Below, piece after piece: positions 10,246 to 19,642 of a stretch of 42,126 bases of DNA (within the stretch, counting starts at the first letter, position 1; each line of letters begins with the position of its first letter). The stretch is taken from positions 6,769 to 48,894 of the forward strand of contig JAYQOK010000002.1 of NCBI GenBank assembly GCA_038144795.1, in the 5' to 3' direction. The DNA comes from Candidatus Kuenenia sp. GTDB taxonomy: Bacteria; Planctomycetota; Planctomycetia; Pirellulales; UBA1268. The notes under the pieces were generated by a model. The model saw only the letters and a list, made by a program, of their open reading frames with translations. It was not told the DNA's origin and ran no database searches. A program made the translations under genes and the position numbers.

Positions 10246-12354
10246 ATGCGAGAAAACGCAACACTCGCCGCAAAATGCAACGCACCCGACAGCTATCCAA
10301 CCAGAAGGGGCCGGCGAAAGCGTCGCTTACCGGCGGCCATTTCTCTCGGATTCGAGTCCCTCGAACACCGGCACCAACTGGCCGCGGACACCGGCCACAT
10401 GCAGATCGGGATGAATCTCGAGAACATTGTGGACTGGTCGCCGGCCTGGACATTCACCGACGCCTTCCGGGCATCCCGCCCTTGGATCGCCCTGGCCTTC
10501 GACACAACCACGTGGGGGACGACGTGGGACGATCCCTCGACCCCGCCGCTCACGCTCGACACCGACGGCAACATCTCTCACCTCACGACATGGACCAACG
10601 CGGCCGGCCATACCATCCAGCAGCGGGCCGGCACATTGATGTTTCGTGGACTGGATGGCGGCTACGCGGCGGGCACATACCGCGCGGAGTGGGATGGCGA
10701 GGGCACCATCTCGTTCGGCTTTGACGCCCGTGTGATCGCGACTGGTCGCACCGCGGCAGGTCGGAATTTTGCCGACCTGCTCGTCACCCCGAGTGACGAC
10801 GGTATCTTCATGCTCATCGAGTCGATCAATCCCGCCGACCCGGCCCGTGACTTCAATGTTTGGATGCCCGACTGGAACGGCCGGCGATTTGCCGAGCAGC
10901 GGTGGGATAAGGGCGGTTCAGCCTCCCCCTTCCACCCGGTTTTTCTCGAGCGACTCGCCCCATTCAAGACGATCCGCTTCATGGCGATGCAGGAGACCAA
11001 CTCGTCCGACATTCGCTCGTGGACCGACCGCCGCGACGCCGCCGACATCCGCCAGGGCTCCGGGCCAAATGGAACCCTCAGCGAACCGCTCGTCAACGGC
11101 ATATCGGTGGAATACATGGTTCGACTTGCAAACGATCTCGATGCCAATCCGTGGTTTAACATGCCGCACAAGGCGGATGACGAGTTCGTCAGGAACTTCG
11201 CCATCTACGTTCGCGAACACCTCGAGCCCGGACGAACGGTCTACGTCGAATGGGCCAACGAAGTCTGGAACTTCGGTTGGGGCTTCGAAGCCTCGCACTG
11301 GATCGACGCCCAAAGGGGCATGCCCGAAAACACCGGGCTCGATCCGGATCTTGCCCACTGGATCATCGCCGGCCGCGAGGCAAAGCGTGACATGGCGATC
11401 TGGTCGGACGTATTTGCCGGCCAGTCCGACCGGCTGGTTCGCGTTGCGGCCGGCTGGGCCGCCGTTGACTGGGTAACTGCCCAGATTGCCGAGGCGATGG
11501 AGGGATCGTTCGATGCAATTGCGATCGCCCCCTACATCACTCCCACCGACGAGCAGCGAGCAACCTATTCAGATGGCACCTCCGTCGATCAGGTTCTCGC
11601 CGACACGAGGATCAATCTTGCCACCAGCGTGGCCTGGACCGCCAATCACGAGCAGCTCGCCCAAGAGTGGTCGTCCCGGCTCGGCCGGACCATCCAGCTC
11701 CTTGCCTATGAAGGCGGGCCTCACCTCGACGGCCGCGGGGAGTCGTACCAGACGGTGTTCCACGCCGCGACAAACGACCCCGGAATGGGCGATATCTACC
11801 GTGACTATCTGAAAGGGCTCGACGCCGCCGGGATGGACCTCTACCTCGACTTCCAGTTCACGGGTCAGCCGGGGCTTTCGCAGTGGGGCGACTTCGCGAA
11901 ACTCCATCGCATGGACCAACCTCTCGAGTCGGCACATCGCTATCGGGCCGTGTTCGCAGCCGCCACCGGCTCACTCTGGGATGTCACTACGCCGATTCAA
12001 CCGACGTTGGCCGTTTATGCGGATGGTTTTTTGAGTGTAAACGGCCACCCGGTCACGCACGAGTCTCTCCCCGTCGGCACGTCATTCTCTTCGTGGGCCA
12101 TCTTCGAAGCTGCGACCATCGGTGGTCGAAACATATTTTTTGCCGAACACTCCAGCGGACGGATGCATCGCCTCGATGCCACCGGTGATTGGTCCATCGT
12201 GGGGGGCTTGGATGGCGTCGGCAATGTATTTTCGATCCCATTGCCCCGCTTGGCGAACGAAACCGGTGAGCCGAACGTCCTGCGAACCATGTCCACCCTG
12301 GCAATGGCCTATTGGCTGGACATCGAAGGCGATGGAGATGGCGTGATCACCTGA
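10246..12354 (+). CDS. Planctomycete extracellular protein with putative TIM-barrel glycoside-hydrolase-like domain
   Basis: RRGRRKRRL...FESLEHRHQLA resembles the planctomycete extracellular N-terminal motif; internal WFNMPH, VEWANEVWN and LLAYEGG; C-terminal DIEGDGDGVI. Start uncertain (ORF track starts at 10183). Confidence 0.65.
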   Translation: MRENATLAAKCNAPDSYPTRRGRRKRRLPAAISLGFESLEHRHQLAADTGHMQIGMNLENIVDWSPAWTFTDAFRASRPWIALAFDTTTWGTTWDDPSTPPLTLDTDGNISHLTTWTNAAGHTIQQRAGTLMFRGLDGGYAAGTYRAEWDGEGTISFGFDARVIATGRTAAGRNFADLLVTPSDDGIFMLIESINPADPARDFNVWMPDWNGRRFAEQRWDKGGSASPFHPVFLERLAPFKTIRFMAMQETNSSDIRSWTDRRDAADIRQGSGPNGTLSEPLVNGISVEYMVRLANDLDANPWFNMPHKADDEFVRNFAIYVREHLEPGRTVYVEWANEVWNFGWGFEASHWIDAQRGMPENTGLDPDLAHWIIAGREAKRDMAIWSDVFAGQSDRLVRVAAGWAAVDWVTAQIAEAMEGSFDAIAIAPYITPTDEQRATYSDGTSVDQVLADTRINLATSVAWTANHEQLAQEWSSRLGRTIQLLAYEGGPHLDGRGESYQTVFHAATNDPGMGDIYRDYLKGLDAAGMDLYLDFQFTGQPGLSQWGDFAKLHRMDQPLESAHRYRAVFAAATGSLWDVTTPIQPTLAVYADGFLSVNGHPVTHESLPVGTSFSSWAIFEAATIGGRNIFFAEHSSGRMHRLDATGDWSIVGGLDGVGNVFSIPLPRLANETGEPNVLRTMSTLAMAYWLDIEGDGDGVIT

Positions 12355-12419
12355 TACCGCCCCTGCCTCGAGCCGTGCCATCGTGGCGTTACCAGGCGTC
12401 TGGTATCCTCCCGTCTGTC

Positions 12420-14252
12420 ATGGACGTCACCGAGATCCTCTGCCGCTGGTGGGGCTTCGACACGCTCCGCCCCTTGCAGGCGGAGGCGATCACTGCGGCA
12501 CTTTCCGGCCGCGATTCGGTGGTGGTGATGCCGACCGGCGGCGGCAAGAGCCTCTGCTACCAACTGCCGCCGCTGGTGGGCGACACGACCGATGTCGTGA
12601 TCTCACCGCTCGTCGCCTTGATGAAAGACCAGGTCGATTCGCTGGAGGCGATCGGCTATCCCGCAGGGGCTCTCTACGCCGGCATGGAGCAGGCAGAGCG
12701 GCAACAGATCCGTGATCGTCTGGTGGCGGGGGAGTTGCGGCTGCTGTTTGCGGCACCCGAGCGACTGGTCAACACCGGCCTGCTCGACCTGCTGGCCCGC
12801 GTGGGCGTGAAGCGATTCGCCATCGACGAGGCCCATTGCATCAGCCACTGGGGCCACGACTTCCGTCCGGAATACCGCCAGCTCGCCATGCTGCGGGAGC
12901 GGTTTCCCACGGCGAGCTTTCATGCCTTCACGGCGACGGCCACGCCGCGGGTTCGCAAAGACATTGCCGCCCAGTTGCACCTCCGCGACCCCGAGGTGCT
13001 CGTCGGCACCTTCGATCGCCCAAACCTGATTTATCGCGTCGTTCCCCGCACCGACCGCATCGGGCAGACGCTCGAGATTCTCGGCCGCCATCGGGGCGAG
13101 GCGTCAATCGTCTACTGTCTCTCACGGCGGGAGACCGAAGATCTGGCCGCCCGGCTGGCTGCCGAAGGAATCCTGGCGCAGCCCTATCATGCCGGCCTCG
13201 ATGCCAGCCAACGGCATGCCACCCAGGAGGCGTTTGCCCGCGAGACGATCGACGTGGTGGTGGCAACCGTCGCCTTTGGCATGGGGATCGACCGCTCCAA
13301 TGTTCGCCTCGTGCTTCACACGTCGCTGCCCAAGAGCCTCGAGGCCTATCAGCAGGAGACGGGGCGTGCCGGCCGCGACGGGCTCGCCGCCCAGTGCGTG
13401 TTGCTCTATTCGTCGGCCGATGTCTTCAGCTGGGAGTCACTTGTCCGCAAGAGCATCGACGAATCGGATCTCGAGCCCGACGAGGCCGGGCAGCTGCTCT
13501 CCTCGACGGTGGAGCATCTCCATGCGATGCGACGCTACGCTCAGGCCGCCCGCTGCCGCCATGCCGCGCTCTCGGAGTATTTCGGGCAGGCCTATGAGCA
13601 GCCCACCTGCGAGGCCTGCGATGTCTGCCTGGGCGAGACCGAAAGCCTGCCCGATTCCACGGTCACGGCGCAAAAGATCATTTCCTGTGTGGCGCGGGTC
13701 GGTGAGCGGTTTGGTGTGCGGCATGTCTGCGAGGTCCTGCGGGGCGCGAAGACGGAGGGAATCATGCGGCATGGCCACAACCGCCTCTCCACCTATGGCC
13801 TGCTCCCGATGATCGACCAGCGGGCCACCGAAAACCTCGTTCATCAGCTGCTCGATCAGGAACTGCTCTCCCGCAGCGGCGGTGATCGGCCGGTGGTGAC
13901 GCTCAACGCCCGGTCGTGGGAGGTGCTGCGGGGCGAGCGGCAGGTGGTGCTGCTTCAGCCGCGGGCCGGCCGCGCCAAGACGGCGAAGGCCGATGCCGAC
14001 GACTGGAGTGGCGTCGACCGCGACCTCTTCGAGCGGCTGCGAACCTGGCGCCGCCGGGTGGCCGACGCCCGCGGCAAGCCCGCATGGACAATCTTCGACG
14101 ACAAGTCCCTCCGCTCGATCGCCCGTGAAAAGCCCACCTCCCCAGCCGCCCTGCTCCGCTGCAAAGGCATCGGCGAAAAACGCCTCGCCGACTTCGGCGC
14201 CGCCATCCTCGACCTCGTCGCTGGCCGCGAAAGCAACGAGACAACAGGCTGA
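12420..14252 (+). CDS. recQ: ATP-dependent DNA helicase RecQ
   Basis: MPTGGGKSLCYQ, DEAHCISHWGHDFRPEY, TATAT, ATVAFGMGID, QETGRAGRDG, Zn-binding Cys cluster, RQC and HRDC regions; likely start MDVTEIL at 12420. Confidence 0.95.
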   Translation: MDVTEILCRWWGFDTLRPLQAEAITAALSGRDSVVVMPTGGGKSLCYQLPPLVGDTTDVVISPLVALMKDQVDSLEAIGYPAGALYAGMEQAERQQIRDRLVAGELRLLFAAPERLVNTGLLDLLARVGVKRFAIDEAHCISHWGHDFRPEYRQLAMLRERFPTASFHAFTATATPRVRKDIAAQLHLRDPEVLVGTFDRPNLIYRVVPRTDRIGQTLEILGRHRGEASIVYCLSRRETEDLAARLAAEGILAQPYHAGLDASQRHATQEAFARETIDVVVATVAFGMGIDRSNVRLVLHTSLPKSLEAYQQETGRAGRDGLAAQCVLLYSSADVFSWESLVRKSIDESDLEPDEAGQLLSSTVEHLHAMRRYAQAARCRHAALSEYFGQAYEQPTCEACDVCLGETESLPDSTVTAQKIISCVARVGERFGVRHVCEVLRGAKTEGIMRHGHNRLSTYGLLPMIDQRATENLVHQLLDQELLSRSGGDRPVVTLNARSWEVLRGERQVVLLQPRAGRAKTAKADADDWSGVDRDLFERLRTWRRRVADARGKPAWTIFDDKSLRSIAREKPTSPAALLRCKGIGEKRLADFGAAILDLVAGRESNETTG

Positions 14253-14381
14253 AAGAAAAAAGAGAAATGGAGGAGTGAGACATCTCCAAACGAGGGAGGC
14301 TCGGGGCTGTCGATGCCCCGTCGCCGGCGCATCTCAATGTCTTGTCCGCCTTCGCTACCACGACAGATCGGGAGACCTGTC

Positions 14382-15035
14382 CTACAACGGCCGGAGACGC
14401 CCCTGCTCCATGAGCCACCGCCGCCCCGCCGGCACCATTCCCACGCAGCCCACCTGCTCGACCACCACGGCAGCGATGCCCCGGGCCGTCAGCGACCCGA
14501 TCACGTCGAAGAGCTGCCGGGCAATCGGCTGCGGCATACCCATCGACGGCTCGTCGAGCAGCAGCAGCCGCGGCCGCCCCACCATGGCCCGGGCGACCGC
14601 CAGCATCTGCTGTTCCGCCGCCGAGAGGGCCGTCGCAGGCCGGCTCATGCGGGTTCCCAAAATGGGAAACAGTTCGCATGCCTCCGAGATGTCGCGCCGC
14701 AGCTGCCAGGCGTCCCGCTGAGTGTAGCCGCCGAGTTCGAGGTTTTCCCGTACCGTCATCCGGGAAAAGAGCCGCCGGCCCTGTGGGCAGTGGCCGATCC
14801 CAAGCCGCATGATGGCGTGCGGAGGGAGCCCGGTGATCGAGCGGCGTCGGTACCGCACCTCCCCGGCCTGCGTCGGCACGAGTCCGGAGATGGCCGCCAG
14901 AAGGGTCGACTTGCCGGCGCCACTGTCTCCGTGAATCGAGACGATCTCGCCTTCGGCAACCTCAAACGAGGCAGCTGCAACCGCCATGATGGGGCCGTAT
15001 GCCACATCGATCTGATCGACTACCAACAGCGGCAT
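14382..15035 (-). CDS. livF: Branched-chain amino acid ABC transporter ATPase, LivF-like (divergent)
   Basis: GDSGAGKS, PQGRRLF, LLLDEPSMG, VEQ; signature reads LSAAEQQ and the C-terminus is short. Confidence 0.75.
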   Translation of the reverse strand: MPLLVVDQIDVAYGPIMAVAAASFEVAEGEIVSIHGDSGAGKSTLLAAISGLVPTQAGEVRYRRRSITGLPPHAIMRLGIGHCPQGRRLFSRMTVRENLELGGYTQRDAWQLRRDISEACELFPILGTRMSRPATALSAAEQQMLAVARAMVGRPRLLLLDEPSMGMPQPIARQLFDVIGSLTARGIAAVVVEQVGCVGMVPAGRRWLMEQGRLRPL

Positions 15036-15045
15036 CGCATGATCC

Positions 15046-16362
15046 TCAGGACGAGACTCCCGTGGTGATTTCGATCACCCGCCGGTGGCGTTTCATCTCG
15101 GCCGGTGATCCTTCGGCGATCTTCACCCCCTGCTCGAGCACCGCCATGCCGTCGCTGATCCTGGCCAGCGGGTCGATGCTGTCGCCGGTGACGAGCACTG
15201 CCGAGCCCCGCTGCTTGATCTGCCCGATCAGGTCGATCACGGCATCGACTTCCTCGGCCTCCAAACCTGCCGTCGGTTCATCAAGCAGGATGAGCGTGGC
15301 TCCGGTGGCGAGGGCCCGGGCGATCTCCAGCCGTCGACGGCCTGCCAGCGACAGGCCGCCGGCGATCCGCTCGGCGTCTCCCTCGAGCCCCACGAAGGCC
15401 AGCGCCTCCTGGGCGCGGCGGCGTGCCTCTTCTTCGCCGCGACGATGGCGGCGGGTGCCGAGCAGCAGCGCGATGGCGCCTCCCGGGATCGTGCGATCGA
15501 GGCCCACCAGTACATTTTCGAGCACGGTCATCTCAGGAAAGAGCCGCGGCTGCTGAAACGTTCTGGCGATGCCGGCACGGGCGACCGCGTGGGGAGAGCG
15601 CCGGCCGCGCCTCCAGATGGCGATGGTGCCGGCGGCCCCAAGAACCCAGCCCGCGACGAGGCCGGCCCAGCCGCGGATCCGCACCCGAGCCTTGCCGGCG
15701 GCCAGCCGGTCGAGCACCTCGTCGGGCAGACTGGCCTGCGGCTGGGAAGGGCTTGCCGCATCGGCCATATCGGAAGCATCGGGGATCGTGCCCGGCCCCG
15801 CCCGGCGGGCGGTCACGGCGGCCTGGAGCTGATTCCGCAATGACACGGCATCGGCGTAGTCGCGCCGGATCGCGAGCACATCCCGGCCGTTGGCGGTCAC
15901 CACCCGCCATTTCCCGGCAAGCTGATCGATCGCCAATTCGCCACGAAAATAACTCCGCAGCCGCCGCCGGGCCGTGTCGAACGTGAACGGCTCGTCGAGC
16001 ACCATGCCCCGCTTCACGACGGCCAGCCAGAGACGGTCGACATCGACGGCGGCGGCGGCTGTGAGCAGCCCGACCAAGAGCCCGATGCCCATCGCCATCC
16101 AGAACACCCGTGGGCCAAACGTCTGCGTGAGCCGATGCCCGTGAAACCGCACCGATCCACTCGTCGGCGAACAGATCCCGCTCACGCAGTTGCAGACGGT
16201 CGTCTTGCCGGCGCCGTCGGGCCCGATGAGCGACACGACCTGTCCCTCCGGCACATCGAGATCAAGATCCGACACGGCGACGAGGCCACCGAATCGCATC
16301 GACACGCGGTCGATATCGAGCAGCGGAATATCAGCGGCCGATGCCACGGGTCTGGTCCTCAT
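15046..16362 (-). CDS. livG: LivG-like ABC ATPase with large internal insertion
   Basis: FGGLVAV, GPDGAGKTT, GIARTFQ, LLDEPTAG. Start MRTRPV overlaps the livM stop (ATGA). About 175 extra residues with two hydrophobic segments. Confidence 0.75.
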   Translation of the reverse strand: MRTRPVASAADIPLLDIDRVSMRFGGLVAVSDLDLDVPEGQVVSLIGPDGAGKTTVCNCVSGICSPTSGSVRFHGHRLTQTFGPRVFWMAMGIGLLVGLLTAAAAVDVDRLWLAVVKRGMVLDEPFTFDTARRRLRSYFRGELAIDQLAGKWRVVTANGRDVLAIRRDYADAVSLRNQLQAAVTARRAGPGTIPDASDMADAASPSQPQASLPDEVLDRLAAGKARVRIRGWAGLVAGWVLGAAGTIAIWRRGRRSPHAVARAGIARTFQQPRLFPEMTVLENVLVGLDRTIPGGAIALLLGTRRHRRGEEEARRRAQEALAFVGLEGDAERIAGGLSLAGRRRLEIARALATGATLILLDEPTAGLEAEEVDAVIDLIGQIKQRGSAVLVTGDSIDPLARISDGMAVLEQGVKIAEGSPAEMKRHRRVIEITTGVSS

Positions 16363-17420
16363 CGCCTGCCGTGCCCCCATTCGGCCGCCAGCCGTCGCGA
16401 GGGAATCAGGCCCGCCGGGCGATACCGCATCACCAGCACGAGCGCCAGGCCGAAGATCGCCAGCCGCCAACTCGCGAGGCTGAGGAGGCTCGAGCGATCC
16501 GCAGCGCCGCTGAGCTGTTGGATGAGCGAGTCGGCCGCCGGGATGAGCACGGTGTCGAAGCCAACCAGGATCGCCACGCCCAGAAGCGTGCCCGGAATGC
16601 TGCCGAGCCCACCGAGGATCACGGCACAGAGCACCAGGATCGAGCGATTGAAGTCATAGGCATTCGGATCGGCGGTGGTCGACAGCGTTGCGGCATAGAG
16701 ACATCCGGCCAAGGCGGCCACCGCCGCCGACATCGCGAAGGCCGACAGCTTCACCTGGGTCGCCGAAATCCCCAGTGCCGCGGCGGCCGGCTCATCTTCC
16801 CGCACCGCCGCCCACGCCCGCCCCAGACGGGAGCTTTCCAGCCGCCGCATCGCCCACACCACCCCCGCCAACGCGGCGAGGACGAGGTAGTAGAACCAGC
16901 GGGGATCGACCGCGAAGGCGCGGCCGAGATCGGTGCCGGCCACGGTCACGCCGGCACCCGGCGGCGGCACGGGATTGAGCCCCTTCATACCCCCGGTCAC
17001 CTGTTCGAGATTGCGGAGCGTCACTTTCACCACCTCCCCGAATGCAAGCGTGACGATTGCCAGGGCGTCACCACGAAGCCTGAGCACGGGGCCACCGAGC
17101 GCGAAGCCGACGCCGGCGGTCACGGCAATGCTCACGGCAGTTGCCACCAGCCAGCCGATCTGGAAGGGAAAGAGGGGCACCGTCAGGATCGCCACCATGA
17201 AGGCACCGATCCCGAAGAAGGCGGCGATCCCGAGATGGAGCAGGCCCGTGTAGCCGACCATCACATTCAGGCCCAGGGCCAGGATGCAGTAGATGAAGAG
17301 CGTCGTGACCTGCCCACCGAGAGCACCGCCAAGGGCGGGCACGAAGAGGGGCGCGATCGCCAGCAGGGCCAGCGCCACCACCTCCCACCGCTGGCCGATC
17401 CAGTTCCATAGTGCAGCCAT
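16359..17420 (-). CDS. livM: Branched-chain amino acid ABC transporter permease LivM
   Basis: LGLNVMVGYTGLLHLG, LRGDALAIVTLAFGE, GRAWAAVREDE, ILGGLGS; start MAALWN overlaps the livH stop (TAATG). Confidence 0.9.
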   Translation of the reverse strand: MAALWNWIGQRWEVVALALLAIAPLFVPALGGALGGQVTTLFIYCILALGLNVMVGYTGLLHLGIAAFFGIGAFMVAILTVPLFPFQIGWLVATAVSIAVTAGVGFALGGPVLRLRGDALAIVTLAFGEVVKVTLRNLEQVTGGMKGLNPVPPPGAGVTVAGTDLGRAFAVDPRWFYYLVLAALAGVVWAMRRLESSRLGRAWAAVREDEPAAAALGISATQVKLSAFAMSAAVAALAGCLYAATLSTTADPNAYDFNRSILVLCAVILGGLGSIPGTLLGVAILVGFDTVLIPAADSLIQQLSGAADRSSLLSLASWRLAIFGLALVLVMRYRPAGLIPSRRLAAEWGHGRR

Positions 17421-18346
17421 TAGACCTTCTCCTTCGCACGGTGGCCGAGCAGCCCTTCCGGCCGAAAGGCGAGCACCACGATCAGCACGGCGAACACGAT
17501 CGCCCCGGCCCACCGTTCGCCCGCGTAGGCCGTCGAGAGCGCCCGCACCAGGCCCACCATCAATCCCCCCGCCACCGCGCCGCGAATGCTGCCCAGCCCG
17601 CCGAGCACCGCGGCTGTCATGGCGTAGAGACCGTTCTGGAATCCCATCTGGTAGCTGATGGTGTTGGTATAGAGACCGGCAATCACGCTGGCAGCGCCGC
17701 CAAGAAACCCGGCGAGAAAGAAGGTCGTCGCCACCATGCGGTCGACGTCGATCCCCATCAGTGCCGCTGCGGTGCGATCCTGGGCCACGGCTCGCACCGC
17801 CTTGCCAAGCCGTGTCGTCCGCATGAGCAGCATGATGCCGACGATCAACGGCATGGCCACCACCATCACGAGCAGATCTTTCCAGCCAAACTGCACCACG
17901 TTGCCCGGCAGCAGGCTCGCCGCCGGCACTACCTGGGGAAACCCACGGTCGGCCGGACCGATCCATGCCAGTCCGATATTCATGAAAATAAACGACACAC
18001 CGATCGCCGAGACCAATGGGGCCAGGGTCGGAGCCTCACGAAGCGGCCGATAGACGAATCGGTCGACCGCCACATTGAGCCCGCCACAGAAGAGCCCGCA
18101 GAGGAGCACCATGGCGACGACACCAAGCCAGGTGGCCAGTGACGGCGGCCCTCCCGTGGCCGCCAGCCCCAACGGCGCCACCAGCCCCAGCGCCGCGCAG
18201 GCGCCGAGCATGATCAGGTCGCCATGGGCGAAGTTGATAAACCGCAGCACCCCGTAGACCATCGTGTAGCCGAGGGCCACCAGCGCGATCAGGCCACCGT
18301 TGGTGAGACCGATCAGGCATTGCTGCAGCAAAAACAGGGCCAACAC
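17420..18346 (-). CDS. livH: Branched-chain amino acid ABC transporter permease LivH
   Basis: ALGYTMVYGVLRFINFAHG, GKAVRAVAQD, VLGGLGS, RPEGLLG. Confidence 0.92.
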   Translation of the reverse strand: MLALFLLQQCLIGLTNGGLIALVALGYTMVYGVLRFINFAHGDLIMLGACAALGLVAPLGLAATGGPPSLATWLGVVAMVLLCGLFCGGLNVAVDRFVYRPLREAPTLAPLVSAIGVSFIFMNIGLAWIGPADRGFPQVVPAASLLPGNVVQFGWKDLLVMVVAMPLIVGIMLLMRTTRLGKAVRAVAQDRTAAALMGIDVDRMVATTFFLAGFLGGAASVIAGLYTNTISYQMGFQNGLYAMTAAVLGGLGSIRGAVAGGLMVGLVRALSTAYAGERWAGAIVFAVLIVVLAFRPEGLLGHRAKEKV

Positions 18347-18370
18347 AGCGTGCTCTCCTCGGCGGTGTTG

Positions 18371-19600
18371 CTACTCGGCCGGCGATTCCGCGGCCATGTC
18401 GCTTGTCCTGATCGTCTCCGCAAACTCGAAGCGACCTTCCCGCACCACGCTCACCGTGAGCACGCCGAGGGTCGTATCGCCATTTTCATCGAATCCCCAG
18501 TGGCCCAGCGCCCCGTCGTAATCACCGATTGCCAACGCGGCAGACGTGATCGCCAGCCGATCCTTCACTCCTGCATCGCGGATCGCCCGCAGCACGACGC
18601 CCGCCGCCTCGTACCCATACACGGCATACCCATCGGGCGATTCACCCCACTCGCGGCGATAGCGGTCGACGAAGGCCGCTCCCTTGCCGGTGAGTCGCTC
18701 GGGTGGCAACCCACCGAAGGTGACGAAGCAGCGGCCGTCGAGAACCGCCGCACCCGCCGAATCGATGAAGGCCTGCGCCTGACAGCCATCGGGCACCAGC
18801 AGCACCGCATCGATCCCTGCGCTAAACATGTCCTTGGCCAACTGTCCCCCCTTGCTCTGCACCGTACCGCCGAAATAGACGAGGTCGGGCTGCGACGACT
18901 TGATGCGGGCCATGAGCGACTTGAACTCCTGTGCCCGGGCATCGATCGCATCATGGCCGAGCACCTCGATTCCGATCTCCCGGCAGCGGTCGGCAAACAG
19001 ATCGGCAATACCCTTGCCATACACCTGACCATCGTCAAGCACGTAGACCTTTCGGATGCCCTGCCGCCGTACCCACTCCGCCGAGAGGGGGCCCTGCAGG
19101 TCGTCGGCTGGCACCACCCGCACGAAGTTGATCCGCCCCACGGGGCGATAGACCTCGGGCTCGCCCGGCTCACCGAGGCGGGGCTTGGTGAGGCCGACGG
19201 CGGTGGCGGCCGGCGACACCATCAGCAGGTCACCGAAATTGAGGATCGGCATCGACACCTTCGCAGCCCCCGAGTTGAGTGGCCCGATACAGGCGACCAC
19301 GTCAGGATCCTGCAAGGCCCGCCGGGCGTTGGCCGCCTCGGCCTCACTGGTCCACTGGCCGGCAGCGACCGTTGAATCGTCGAGATCGAGATACTCGACG
19401 CGAAACGGGCCGACGTGGCCGCCTGCCTCATCGATCGCCATGCGGATCCCACGCACAATCGAGTCGGTCTGCTGCTTGGCGGGGCCGGTTCGCGGCAGGC
19501 TCGATACGATCCGGACCACCCCCGGATCGGCCGGCCGGCAGCCGAAGACCGCCATCAGCATGGCGGCCACCATCGGAGCCGCACAAATCCGTGCATTCAT
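18371..19600 (-). CDS. Branched-chain amino acid ABC transporter substrate-binding lipoprotein (LivK/LivJ family)
   Basis: Lipobox-like AVFGC; GPLNSG, RVVPADDLQG, YGKGIA, YGYEAA, FDENGD. Start placed at MNARIC (19600); the ORF track starts at 19636. Confidence 0.88.
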   Translation of the reverse strand: MNARICAAPMVAAMLMAVFGCRPADPGVVRIVSSLPRTGPAKQQTDSIVRGIRMAIDEAGGHVGPFRVEYLDLDDSTVAAGQWTSEAEAANARRALQDPDVVACIGPLNSGAAKVSMPILNFGDLLMVSPAATAVGLTKPRLGEPGEPEVYRPVGRINFVRVVPADDLQGPLSAEWVRRQGIRKVYVLDDGQVYGKGIADLFADRCREIGIEVLGHDAIDARAQEFKSLMARIKSSQPDLVYFGGTVQSKGGQLAKDMFSAGIDAVLLVPDGCQAQAFIDSAGAAVLDGRCFVTFGGLPPERLTGKGAAFVDRYRREWGESPDGYAVYGYEAAGVVLRAIRDAGVKDRLAITSAALAIGDYDGALGHWGFDENGDTTLGVLTVSVVREGRFEFAETIRTSDMAAESPAE

Positions 19601-19642
19601 GCCCGGAATGTACGGCCCGCGTTTTCCCGGCGTCAAACCGTC

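Noticed and set aside
14302-14320. CGGGGC-N7-GCCCCG hairpin between recQ and livF as a terminator
   Set aside because: Only a 6-bp stem with no adjacent U-tract on either strand.
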